Assembly (NCBI GenBank): GCA_023136245.1
Contig: JAGLRO010000003.1
Span: 1 to 61,968, forward strand
Direction: 5' to 3'
DNA length: 61,968 nt
Source: Candidatus Heimdallarchaeota archaeon
GTDB taxonomy: Archaea > Asgardarchaeota > Heimdallarchaeia > Heimdallarchaeales > Heimdallarchaeaceae
Shown here: piece by piece, positions 26,027 to 35,839 of the stretch
Layout of the letters: every line of letters starts with the position of its first letter
How positions within the stretch are numbered: position 1 is the stretch's first letter
Made by a program: the position numbers and the translations under genes
Notes under the pieces: model-generated
What the model was told of the DNA's origin: nothing
The model's input: the letters and a program-made list of their open reading frames with translations, nothing else
Databases searched by the model: none

Positions 26027-26431
26027 TTAAATACTTGCCACATATTCTTTCTCAATTAGCTTACGAAAATTTTCAATTTTGTTTAAAACTTTCTTTGCTT
26101 CAATTGAAACATTATTTGGAAGTTTTCCAAAACCTAAAGCTTTTTCGTAGCATTTTGAAAAATAGTTTAATTGGAATACAAGTTGAACAATACGAGCATA
26201 CTGAAAAACTTGATCTGGATCAATGACTAATGCAACCTTGAGTGAGATTTCATTCTGTTCTTCTGGAGTTAAATCGATATTTATTTCGTCTCTATTGCAG
26301 AGATCAAATAATCTATTTAACAGAAACCTTCCTTGTTTTAAAACTTGAGCTAACTCTTCTGCCACATCAGCGAGACCAGGAACTTCTCTACTTATGATTT
26401 CAGCATTCTCAGTAACACTTTCAAGATGCAT
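26027..26431 (-). CDS. hypothetical helical protein
   Basis: 134-aa ORF lying co-directionally between the ribophorin-like gene and the E1-like gene. I recognise no motif. Confidence 0.35.
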   Translation of the reverse strand: MHLESVTENAEIISREVPGLADVAEELAQVLKQGRFLLNRLFDLCNRDEINIDLTPEEQNEISLKVALVIDPDQVFQYARIVQLVFQLNYFSKCYEKALGFGKLPNNVSIEAKKVLNKIENFRKLIEKEYVASI

Positions 26432-26549
26432 TGTTTCACTCAGATGGTTTGTAAGAAGAAGTTCTTTAATGTTCTTATAAACATTTTCAGATTAATTGTT
26501 AAATTGGAAAATATACACAGAAATGAAAGGAAAAAGGAACTGAAAAAAA

Positions 26550-28646
26550 TTATGGTTCTAGAAGCATTCTTAATCCAACTAGAATTCCATCAATTTCATT
26601 CTTTAGTTTTTCAATTGTTTGTTGTCTTTCCCTAAACAGTTTTACATAGGATTCTTTTGTCATGCTCTTTTTAACACGATATTCTTGCTGTAAAGCACGT
26701 AGATTTCGTCTTTCTTCGTAGAGCTTTCTTTCAGCTATTTCGATTTTCTGAACCGATTCCTTGAACCTTCCGCCTTTCTTGATAAGATTTTCTTTTGTTA
26801 CCTTCAAAGATACTTCTTCAGCTCGCAAACGTTTTTCCAGTTTTGCTCTCAAATCCTTTCCTTCTTTGGCTTTTAATTTCTTAGCTGAAATCTTTGCTCT
26901 TGTCTCTCTAAGTCTTTCTCTGATCGATAATATTTCCTCATATTGCTTAACAAACTCTTCAATTTCTTCAATTGGGATAAATTCTTTTTCAATCTCAATT
27001 CCAGCAACATCTTTTACAGCTTTTGTGGACCATCTTATCCCTAAGTAAACGACGAAAATAAGACCTACACCAATAACTTGGAGGAAGTAAGTAAGCCATA
27101 AATTGAATCTCGAGTAATTAAATCGAATAATAAGAGGTGCATTATCACTACCAGAAAAATCAACAGAGGAATATTGTAAAACTCTCTTGAAACCTAAACC
27201 GATTAAATCAAATTCTTTCTTATAACCCATCACAATTTCTTGGTAAGGATCAGGATTTCTATAATCAGAAGAGATGTACACAGCACCTTTTGGTAGAACA
27301 ACATCTAATAGAAGTTCATCAATAGTCCAATTTATTACTGAACATGGTTCTAAGCTTAGTTCATATCTTATAGATCCTTGTTCCTTTTTAAGAACAGAAC
27401 CAATAGGTAGTTTATATACGATAGTGAAACTTAACTCATCGCCACCAAACAATGGACTTCGTGGAAAAATGACTAAACCAGGATGATTTGGAAAGATACT
27501 ATCTCGGATATTATATGAACCTCTTTCAAAATGTCCCGATTCATCTTTTTGATAATCTAAGTTTAATGCCCCGATTTCATCATCTAATGATAGAACGGTT
27601 GAATTGGGGGGTAGAACGATAGTGAAAGCATTCAATGAATACAATTTGAAAGTTGACAGTTGGTGATTTGGAGGAGCTTCAGGTCCAAGAAAAACAATAT
27701 CTTGTCTTTCTGTTATCGTTACAAGACCAAGAGGGTCTACCTCGATTCTTCGATGAATTTGTGAAGCTTTAATTAGAATTGTATTGGTAGCTTCTGCTAT
27801 TGCTTCAGTTGTACTTACAGAAGTTGTATACACATTCATTATTAAATCATCAGTATAAGTTTGACTGTTATTGAATGCAATCCTTGTAATGTTAGTCCAT
27901 TTTAAAGTGTCTGATTCAGGTTGTAACAAAAATGTGAGTCCTTCTGTACTATTGTTTGGAGTTATAGGATTTTCTACTGTATCTACAAAATTATCATTTC
28001 CTTGTTTAAGAACAGTTGTTGTACTATTCGCGATTGGAAAGTTATTGATGAGAGGATAGAGTAATTCAGTATAGTATAAAAGTTGTTCATTATCTTGAAG
28101 AGTTGCAGTATATGGTAGGGAAAACTCTAAGTATACACTGATAAAGAAAATATCATCTCTTCCTATACTTCCCAATGTTCTATTGAAAGGTATGACGAAG
28201 GTTGTATAATTTAATGACCTATGAAACAAATAGGTTCTTGTGGAATTTGCTTCTCCCAAATCTTCATAGGAATTATTAGCAACTCGAAAGCTAATGAATC
28301 TTAAATTATCAACATTTATGTTAGGTAATGTATAATTGAAATAAACTATTGATTCATTTCCGATTATTGATATTTTGATAGAATCTATTATTGTAATGGT
28401 ACCATAGTGTTCTAAGGTTATTGTTCTATTCACTTGAGAAGTGGCATTAAATTCATAAGCGTAATCAGTGACATCAGAATAACTAAAATCACCAATTGGA
28501 AGAATAGGGTTATTTCCTATGTTTAGCTGTTCATCTTGTGTAAATGAATTATTTGAGCTTCGAACTATACTGAACATCGTTAAAAATGACAAACAAATAA
28601 TTGCAAGTATAGTTAAAGCAAATATTGATTTTTTAGCTTTTTGCAT
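26550..28646 (-). CDS. ribophorin I / Ost1-like type I membrane protein (oligosaccharyltransferase-subunit homolog)
   Basis: Signal anchor, a luminal domain of about 500 aa, one TM helix (LWLTYFLQVIGVGLIFVVYLGI) and a 161-aa K/E/R coiled-coil tail. IHRRIEVDPLGLVTITE, FPRSPLFGGD and IDELLLDVVLPKGA line up with my recollection of human RPN1 (VIEVSHWGNIAVEE, RPRFPLFGGW, IDSLTVKIILPEGA). Confidence 0.65.
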   Translation of the reverse strand: MQKAKKSIFALTILAIICLSFLTMFSIVRSSNNSFTQDEQLNIGNNPILPIGDFSYSDVTDYAYEFNATSQVNRTITLEHYGTITIIDSIKISIIGNESIVYFNYTLPNINVDNLRFISFRVANNSYEDLGEANSTRTYLFHRSLNYTTFVIPFNRTLGSIGRDDIFFISVYLEFSLPYTATLQDNEQLLYYTELLYPLINNFPIANSTTTVLKQGNDNFVDTVENPITPNNSTEGLTFLLQPESDTLKWTNITRIAFNNSQTYTDDLIMNVYTTSVSTTEAIAEATNTILIKASQIHRRIEVDPLGLVTITERQDIVFLGPEAPPNHQLSTFKLYSLNAFTIVLPPNSTVLSLDDEIGALNLDYQKDESGHFERGSYNIRDSIFPNHPGLVIFPRSPLFGGDELSFTIVYKLPIGSVLKKEQGSIRYELSLEPCSVINWTIDELLLDVVLPKGAVYISSDYRNPDPYQEIVMGYKKEFDLIGLGFKRVLQYSSVDFSGSDNAPLIIRFNYSRFNLWLTYFLQVIGVGLIFVVYLGIRWSTKAVKDVAGIEIEKEFIPIEEIEEFVKQYEEILSIRERLRETRAKISAKKLKAKEGKDLRAKLEKRLRAEEVSLKVTKENLIKKGGRFKESVQKIEIAERKLYEERRNLRALQQEYRVKKSMTKESYVKLFRERQQTIEKLKNEIDGILVGLRMLLEP

Positions 28647-28879
28647 TTATACAAACCTCGTTTAATATAATCTTTGTCCAGAAGAGGAGGAACGATTTTA
28701 AATATTTTGGCTTTTTATACTTTTTATTTTTCAAAAAAACGTTGTTTGCATAAAATTTGTATAAATTCCTCTGAGAATCTCAACATTTTGAGAGAATTTC
28801 TATTACTATTGTGTAAAACAACAAAATTGGAAGAGAAAACATTCGCAATGTTTTTGTATTTTTAATATATCAATATACT

Positions 28880-29698
28880 GTGTATTCCCTACGAATTTCT
28901 CCTGATAAACTAGCTCGTATGATAGATCATACAAATCTAAAACCGATTGCAACAAAAAAAGATATCAACAAATTGTGTCAAGAAGCTTTAGAGTTTAATT
29001 TTGCTGCTGTATGTGTTAATTCGGAACATATTTCATTCTGCAAAGAGATTCTGAAAGGTTCGGAAGTTGAAATTGCCGCAGTTGTTGGTTTTCCACTAGG
29101 AGCATCAACACCAAAAACAAAAGAAACAGAAACACAAGAATCAATAAGCTATGGAGCTGAAGAAATCGATATGGTTATGGATATCGGAAGCTTTCGAGAA
29201 GGTAATTATCATGCAGTTGGGAAGGATATTAGTAAAGTAATTCAAGCTGCTGATGGTGCAATTGTGAAAGTGATACTTGAAACAGGATTCTTGACTGATG
29301 ATCAAATTACCAAAGCATGTCAAATTTCTAAGGGTTCAGGAGCCCACTATGTCAAAACATCAACTGGTTTTGGACCAATGGGGGCATTCATTGATCACAT
29401 TGATCTTATGAGAAAAGCTGTTGGTAAGGATTTAGGTGTGAAAGCAGCTGGAGGAATCAGAACTGCTAGAACTGCAGTTAGATTAGTAAACGCTAGTGCA
29501 GATAGATTGGGTGCTAGTGCAGGAGTAGCTATTGTTAATCAATTAGCTAAGATTATTGATGAAGGAGGATGGTTCTACTCAAGCGAAGATCAACCTGAAG
29601 ATATATACTCATGGGGTGCAGCAGATCCAAAAAAACAACCCAAAGATGTATATGATTTTTATATGAAAAAAAAGGAAGAATATAAGAGAAGAGAGTAG
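28880..29698 (+). CDS. deoC: deoxyribose-phosphate aldolase with a C-terminal extension of about 50 aa
   Basis: IDHTNLKP, AAVCV, VVGFPLG, the KVILE lysine, and the VKTSTGF Schiff-base lysine motif. The track start is GTG 28880; an internal ATG (MIDHT) is also possible. Confidence 0.85.
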   Translation: MYSLRISPDKLARMIDHTNLKPIATKKDINKLCQEALEFNFAAVCVNSEHISFCKEILKGSEVEIAAVVGFPLGASTPKTKETETQESISYGAEEIDMVMDIGSFREGNYHAVGKDISKVIQAADGAIVKVILETGFLTDDQITKACQISKGSGAHYVKTSTGFGPMGAFIDHIDLMRKAVGKDLGVKAAGGIRTARTAVRLVNASADRLGASAGVAIVNQLAKIIDEGGWFYSSEDQPEDIYSWGAADPKKQPKDVYDFYMKKKEEYKRRE

Positions 29699-29703
29699 AA
29701 ATA

Positions 29704-32367
29704 ATGAAGCAATTTGATGATAGGAAGCTTAGACCTAAATTAACCCCTATGATGCAACAATGGCAAGATATCAAGAAACAATATACAGATTACATACTTT
29801 TTTTCAGAGCGGGAGATTTTTACGAATGCTTCAATGAAGATGCAAAAATTGCTTCAAAGGTTCTAAATATAACCTTAACTGCAAGAACACTTGGAGAAAA
29901 GAAATTTCCTTTAGCCGGTGTTCCATATCACGCAGTTGATGCTTATATAGCAAAGATGGTTGAAGGAGGTTATAGGGTTGCAGTAGTTGAGCAACTTGAG
30001 GATCCTAAAGTTGCAAAGAAGATTGTGAAAAGGGGAGTAGTTCAATTAGTAACTAGAGGAACAATTACTCTTCCTGAATCGCTTACTAAAGGAAGGAATA
30101 ATTATTTATCCTCAATTTACAAAGAGGGAGAAATGCTTGGTTTTGCAGCTCTTGATTTATCTACTGGAGAATTCTTAGTTACAGATTTTGAAGGTGATGC
30201 AGCTCAGAATTTATTAGAAGTAGAATTATCCCGTTTAAATACCTCCGAAATTATAGTTCAAGAAGAGTTATGGTCAAAACTAGGTTTTTATCATGATCAA
30301 CAAAAATGTACCATAACATACAGAGAGGATTACTTTTTCAATATTGAACAAGGACAGCAAGATCTATGTAGATTACTTAATGTTCTAAGTTTAGATGGTT
30401 ATGGAGTAAATGAATATAATCCCTCCATAGGTGCTGCTGGGGCAATTTTGAGATATATAAAAGAAACTCAAATGAGAGAGAACTTTCCTAATATTACTAA
30501 AATTAGTCAGATAAAAAGTCAGGATTTCATGATTCTAGATTTTAACACCATAAGAAATCTAGAGCTTATCGAAAATCTAAGAGATAGAACTGAATATGGA
30601 ACATTAAGGCAAGTATTAGATAATACAAAAACACCAGGTGGTTCAAGATTACTAACATCATGGATACTTCGACCAAGTTTTGACTATACAGTAATACAAA
30701 ACAGGATTGATGCTACAGAAGAAATGCTCGACGACACTATTGCTAGAGATGAATTGAGAAACATTTTGAGTAGAATGAGTGATATTGAAAGACTAACTAG
30801 CAGAATATGCCTTGGCAGAAGCAAACCAAGAGACTTGATTGCACTTAGAAATTCCCTAGAGTTAATTCCAGATGTTAAAACAAATTTATTGAAATTCAAA
30901 ACATTACTGCTCAAGGAAATAGAAAATAATCTTGATCCCTTGAAAGAAGTTGTGAACATTATCTGCACTGGAATTCAAGATGAAGTACCCGTAAATATCA
31001 AAGATGGTAATGTTATACGTGATGGATATAATGCAGATTTAGATGAACTTCGTAATATTCAGAGAAGTGGAAAATCATTTCTAACTTCATTGGAAGCAAG
31101 AGAAAAGGTAAAAACAGGGATCAAAACACTCAAAGTACGTTTCAATAAAGTGTTTGGATATTATATCGAGATACCAAAAGCATCTTCTGAAGATGTTCCA
31201 TCAGATTATGAAAGGAAACAAACATTGGTTAATGCAGAACGATTTGTGACTCCAGAACTTAAGGAATATGAAGAAAAGATACTAAATGCTGAGGAAAAAA
31301 TTCTAGTTCTTGAAGAAGAACTGTTTAACAAGATAATGAAAGAAATCGCTCAGTTTGCTACTAATATTCAACAAGATGCATATTATTGTTCTGTAGCAGA
31401 TGTAATCGCTACTTTTGTACAAAATGCTTCATTTTATCACTATTCCAAACCAGAAATATCAGAAGAGAATATAATCGAAATAAAGGATGGAAGACATCCA
31501 GTAGTAGAAAAACTCCTAACCCAAACTTCCTTTATACCAAATGATATTATTATTAAGAAAGACTCTGAAAGAATTCTAATTATAACAGGACCAAACATGG
31601 GTGGGAAGAGTACTCTATTACGACAAGTTGCTTTAATTGTACTAATGGCTCAAATTGGAAGTTTTGTACCAGCAAGTTCAGCTAAGATTGGTTTAACTGA
31701 TAGGATTTTCACAAGAATCGGAGCACACGATGTAATCGTTGAAAATAGATCCAGTTTTTTAGTAGAAATGTATGAATGTGCCAACATCCTCAATAATGCT
31801 ACTGAACAAAGCTTGGTTATTCTTGATGAGGTTGGTAGAGGAACATCCACTTATGATGGTGTAGCTCTTGCCTGGTCAATCATTGAGTATCTCCATGATC
31901 ATATTGGTCAGATTAGTCCAACAACACTTTTTGCTACCCACTATCATAAATTAATAGATTTAGAAAAATTACTTCCTAATGTAAAAAACTATCATGCTTC
32001 TGTTAAGAATGTTAATGGAGATATACATTTCTTATACAAATTAAAAGAGGGAGGAATTAGTGAAAGTTTTGGAATTCATGTAGCATCATTAGCAGGATTA
32101 CCAGAAGATGTCATTGATAAAGCCAATGATATGTTGTCATTATTACAAAAGGAAGATTTGGAAAACGGGATTAGACACATTTCACAAGAAAATGAGTCTC
32201 AGATGAAAGCTCCAGTAAAATCTCAAAAAACTGCTAAAAAAACCGTAGTAGATGAATTAATTTCTAATATTAATGAAGTAAAATTAGATGAAATAACTCC
32301 AATAGAAGCTTTGAATATTCTAAGCGATTTAGTGAAAAAGAGCAAGAAAATTCTAAAAGACAAATAA
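29704..32367 (+). CDS. mutS: DNA mismatch repair protein MutS (bacterial MutS1 type)
   Basis: N-terminal TPMMQQW...FFRAGDFYE mismatch-binding motif, the Walker A motif GPNMGGKST, DEVGRGTSTYDG and a THYH motif. Confidence 0.95.
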   Translation: MKQFDDRKLRPKLTPMMQQWQDIKKQYTDYILFFRAGDFYECFNEDAKIASKVLNITLTARTLGEKKFPLAGVPYHAVDAYIAKMVEGGYRVAVVEQLEDPKVAKKIVKRGVVQLVTRGTITLPESLTKGRNNYLSSIYKEGEMLGFAALDLSTGEFLVTDFEGDAAQNLLEVELSRLNTSEIIVQEELWSKLGFYHDQQKCTITYREDYFFNIEQGQQDLCRLLNVLSLDGYGVNEYNPSIGAAGAILRYIKETQMRENFPNITKISQIKSQDFMILDFNTIRNLELIENLRDRTEYGTLRQVLDNTKTPGGSRLLTSWILRPSFDYTVIQNRIDATEEMLDDTIARDELRNILSRMSDIERLTSRICLGRSKPRDLIALRNSLELIPDVKTNLLKFKTLLLKEIENNLDPLKEVVNIICTGIQDEVPVNIKDGNVIRDGYNADLDELRNIQRSGKSFLTSLEAREKVKTGIKTLKVRFNKVFGYYIEIPKASSEDVPSDYERKQTLVNAERFVTPELKEYEEKILNAEEKILVLEEELFNKIMKEIAQFATNIQQDAYYCSVADVIATFVQNASFYHYSKPEISEENIIEIKDGRHPVVEKLLTQTSFIPNDIIIKKDSERILIITGPNMGGKSTLLRQVALIVLMAQIGSFVPASSAKIGLTDRIFTRIGAHDVIVENRSSFLVEMYECANILNNATEQSLVILDEVGRGTSTYDGVALAWSIIEYLHDHIGQISPTTLFATHYHKLIDLEKLLPNVKNYHASVKNVNGDIHFLYKLKEGGISESFGIHVASLAGLPEDVIDKANDMLSLLQKEDLENGIRHISQENESQMKAPVKSQKTAKKTVVDELISNINEVKLDEITPIEALNILSDLVKKSKKILKDK

Positions 32368-32415
32368 TAATAAGAACTGAAATGCTCTTTCACAAAATAG
32401 TACATCTGTGGTATT

Positions 32416-34236
32416 ATGAATAGGAAGATAATCAAACTTGACACAATTACAATTAACAAAATAGCCGCAGGAGAAGTAATAGGACGCCCTGCATCAGTTG
32501 TTAAAGAACTCTTAGAGAACTCTATTGATGCTAACAGCAGTAAAATTGCAATAAACATACAAGATGGTGGAAAAAAACTAATAGAAATCATCGATAATGG
32601 TTTTGGAATGAATCATGAAGATGTGATTCAAGCTATAAATCGATATACAACAAGTAAAATTAGAAATGCTGATGACCTTTTTTCAATAAGTAGTTTGGGA
32701 TTTCGAGGAGAAGCATTAGCTAGTATCGTCAGTGTAGCTCAAGTAGAGATTATCACAAAGACTGAAGACCACGAACTTGGAACTCATCTAATTGTGGAAG
32801 GAGGAGAATTTCTATCAGATAAACAAATTTCAGCTCCAAACGGAACTCGTATCATTGTAAAGAATCTTTTTTATAATGTCCCTGTACGAAGAAAATTTCT
32901 TAAAACAACATCTACAGAGATTAATCATATAACTGAATTCGTAACAAAACTTGCGCTTGCTTATCCATCAATTTCATTTTCTCTTTCTCATAATGGAAAA
33001 AGCCTAATAACTGCCCCCAAGGGCGATTTAATAAATCAAATTACTTCTATATTTGGTGAGAGTATAGCTAAGGCTTGTATTCCAATAAACAAAAATCAGG
33101 ATAGATACAATGTTAAAGGATACATAACTAAGCCTGAATTTTCCCGAAAATCCAAAGATTATCTATATATTTTTGTTAATTCCAGATCCATTTCCAATAA
33201 AACAATCTCTGATGCAGTTCTCCGAGGATATGGTACATCAGTTCCAAGTAGTAGATTCCCAATAATCTTTCTATATCTCGATTTACCTAAAGATGAAGTT
33301 GATGTGAATGTCCATCCAACAAAGAAAGAGATACGTTTTAGCAATGATTCCAAAGTCTTTACACTAGTTGAAAGTGCAATAAGAGAATCATTGGAAAATA
33401 GTGGTTTAAAAATCTTTGAAAGAATTTCTGAAACAAGATTTAAACCCACAACCCTAAAAAGAGCAGACATAGTGAAAACTGAATCTAAGAGTACTGTTAT
33501 TCAAGATGCTTTTAAGACATATAAAGCAGAAAAACCAGATTTTCTAATAACAAAAAGTAGAGAACAAAGTATAGACAGATTTTTACCCAAAGAATACACG
33601 ACAGATCAACAGATCAGTGGAATAATTTCAAGAAAAAGAACAATTAGAGTGTTAGGAATTATTAAGGATACTTACATTATCGCAGAGTCACAGGAAGGAT
33701 TATTCTTATGCGATCAACATGCTGCTCATGAAAAAATAAATTATGCAAAATATATAGAACAAATTAGAAAAAAGAAAGTGAGTATTCAACAGTTGCTTGC
33801 ACCTGTTTCTGTTTCTCTGAAACCATCGGAATTTAACTTAATAGATGAAATAAAGCAAATTTTGAAGCTGTATGGTTTTGAAATTGATATTTTTGGTAAA
33901 AATGAAGTAGTCATACGATCCATACCCTCTATTATGGGTGTAAATATCGAATATAAAACAGCAAGAGATATAATCGATATCTTCAAGGAAAATGTTTCAG
34001 AAATAAAAGACAGTTTAGAAATAGAAGATCTAAACTTCATTAAGGAAATTGTGTCTATGTTCGCTTGCAGACGATCAATAAAAGCTGGAGATAAAATAAC
34101 GATAGAACAAGCAGAAATACTCTTGAGAAATCTTTTGGAACTTGAAGATCCCTTTTCTTGCCCTCATGGTCGTCCAACAGTTATAATTCTAAACGATGAA
34201 TATATGGAAGAGCTTTTTCAAAGAGATTACAGATAG
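32416..34236 (+). CDS. mutL: DNA mismatch repair protein MutL (endonuclease-type)
   Basis: GHKL ATPase motifs (IAAGEVI, ELLENSIDA, DNGFGM, GFRGEAL). The C-terminal DQHAAHEKINY, ACRRSIKAGD and CPHGRP motifs mark MutH-independent MutL endonucleases. Confidence 0.95.
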   Translation: MNRKIIKLDTITINKIAAGEVIGRPASVVKELLENSIDANSSKIAINIQDGGKKLIEIIDNGFGMNHEDVIQAINRYTTSKIRNADDLFSISSLGFRGEALASIVSVAQVEIITKTEDHELGTHLIVEGGEFLSDKQISAPNGTRIIVKNLFYNVPVRRKFLKTTSTEINHITEFVTKLALAYPSISFSLSHNGKSLITAPKGDLINQITSIFGESIAKACIPINKNQDRYNVKGYITKPEFSRKSKDYLYIFVNSRSISNKTISDAVLRGYGTSVPSSRFPIIFLYLDLPKDEVDVNVHPTKKEIRFSNDSKVFTLVESAIRESLENSGLKIFERISETRFKPTTLKRADIVKTESKSTVIQDAFKTYKAEKPDFLITKSREQSIDRFLPKEYTTDQQISGIISRKRTIRVLGIIKDTYIIAESQEGLFLCDQHAAHEKINYAKYIEQIRKKKVSIQQLLAPVSVSLKPSEFNLIDEIKQILKLYGFEIDIFGKNEVVIRSIPSIMGVNIEYKTARDIIDIFKENVSEIKDSLEIEDLNFIKEIVSMFACRRSIKAGDKITIEQAEILLRNLLELEDPFSCPHGRPTVIILNDEYMEELFQRDYR

Positions 34237-34243
34237 GAGGAAA

Positions 34244-34522
34244 ATGAAAGTGAAACCTAATCCTGAATCTAAAATTAGAACAGAGATACGATTACTGGAT
34301 CAAACATCTGTTATTCAACTCATTATGATTCTTTTAACACTAGTAGTTTATGCTGTCTTTCTTTCCATCCAACAATTTCTATTCGAATTTGAAGATTTCA
34401 GAAATAAAGTCATAATAATTAATGTTCTTCTTTGTGCAGGAATAGGTCTTGAGATAGGATATTTTATTTGGAAAATCTATAAACGAAAACAGAAATACAA
34501 AAAAGTGAAAAACAATTCATAA
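34244..34522 (+). CDS. small two-TM membrane protein (hypothetical)
   Basis: ATG at 34244 is preceded by GGAGG. Two hydrophobic helices and a basic tail. The track start at 34196 overlaps the end of mutL. Confidence 0.4.
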   Translation: MKVKPNPESKIRTEIRLLDQTSVIQLIMILLTLVVYAVFLSIQQFLFEFEDFRNKVIIINVLLCAGIGLEIGYFIWKIYKRKQKYKKVKNNS

Positions 34523-34548
34523 AAACAATAAATATTCATAAAATAAAA

Positions 34549-34938
34549 TTATCGATTACCATATATTTTTTCAATTTGTTCTGGTGTGAGCATTATAGGA
34601 ATACTGTCTTTAATATTGTAGAGATGGGTTTCTTCCTTATTAATGCATTGTAATTTTCCGCTTTTAATTTCTATTTGAAAACAATCTTTACAATCATTAA
34701 GATTGACGACTTTATCTATTTCGTCAGCTGATTTTAATTCTTCTGATCCATCTTCCCCAATGTTTACCAGAGTAAATTGCTTGTAATTACAGTAGTAATT
34801 GCATATTACTTTTGTTAATGTATTTTCTAGAGGTAATGGAACCTCTTCTGATTCTCTTTCTACCTCAATGATTTCTAATTTCAAAGGCCACTCTTTGTCA
34901 ACTGGACACGCTAATAAATCCATCAATCTATGCTTCAT
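34549..34938 (-). CDS. Trm112-family methyltransferase-activator protein, long form with a central insertion
   Basis: N-terminal LMDLLACPVDKEWPL and C-terminal GKLQCINKEETHLYNIKDSIPIML form the Trm112 zinc-knuckle-like halves. About 70 aa are inserted between them. Confidence 0.65.
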   Translation of the reverse strand: MKHRLMDLLACPVDKEWPLKLEIIEVERESEEVPLPLENTLTKVICNYYCNYKQFTLVNIGEDGSEELKSADEIDKVVNLNDCKDCFQIEIKSGKLQCINKEETHLYNIKDSIPIMLTPEQIEKIYGNR

Positions 34939-34994
34939 TAATGTGACGTTTCAAATAACTAATAATAATTTTTCCTTACTACATGGGATGAATA

Positions 34995-35732
34995 CTACTT
35001 TTTCATCAGATTGGTTATTTTTGTATGATCTATTTTTTCATATCTTTCAATAGAACCAATATCTTCCCAGTAGCAATCTTCAGGAGTATATGCCATCATG
35101 TTTCCTTTTTTCACAAATTCAGGAAAAATGTCTCGAGATAAATCAATACTCTCTTTTGGATCATATTTCCTGAGATATTCATATATTATAGGCTCTAGAA
35201 TACTAATTCCAGTATTAACAAGTAGAGGTAAAGTTGGTTTTTCGATAAACTTCGTAACAGTATTTTCTTCATCTGTTTCCGCTGTACCAACGCTAATTTG
35301 CCAACCTTTAGTTACTAAAATGGAAGCCCATTTCCCATGACCAAGATGATAATCCATCATCTCCGAAAAATTTACATTTGTGATGATATCGGAATAATAT
35401 ATAACCATTCTTTTACCTTCTAAATGATTTTCAGCATTCAACAGAGCAGTACCTGTACCTACTGGGCCAGGTTTATCAGGTATATAAGTTAATTTTACTC
35501 CAAATTTTTCCCCATTTCCAAAATATCCTTGAATCTGTTCTTTCTTATAATTGACAAGTAAAACTAAATCATTTATTCCATGTTTTTTAAAATGTCTAAT
35601 AACGTATTCAAGAATAGGTAATTGGTCAGTTCCTAAAGGCATCATCACTTTTTGCATGTAATATGTTAAAGGACGCATACGTGTTCCTTCTCCACCACAA
35701 AAAAGAACTCCAATTGTTTTTGTCATCTTCAA
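34995..35732 (-). CDS. sugar-1-phosphate nucleotidylyltransferase
   Basis: The GVLFCGGEGTRMRPLT signature (GxGTRxxPLT) and the NTP-transferase fold length. Confidence 0.85.
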   Translation of the reverse strand: MKMTKTIGVLFCGGEGTRMRPLTYYMQKVMMPLGTDQLPILEYVIRHFKKHGINDLVLLVNYKKEQIQGYFGNGEKFGVKLTYIPDKPGPVGTGTALLNAENHLEGKRMVIYYSDIITNVNFSEMMDYHLGHGKWASILVTKGWQISVGTAETDEENTVTKFIEKPTLPLLVNTGISILEPIIYEYLRKYDPKESIDLSRDIFPEFVKKGNMMAYTPEDCYWEDIGSIERYEKIDHTKITNLMKK

Positions 35733-35839
35733 TTAAACTATTCGCTGAGCTATTTAATTTTTTATGATGATGCTACTTAGCATTTTTCTCTTTTCATATT
35801 AAGAAATTCTTATTAACATGGAATATAAGAATCATTAAT

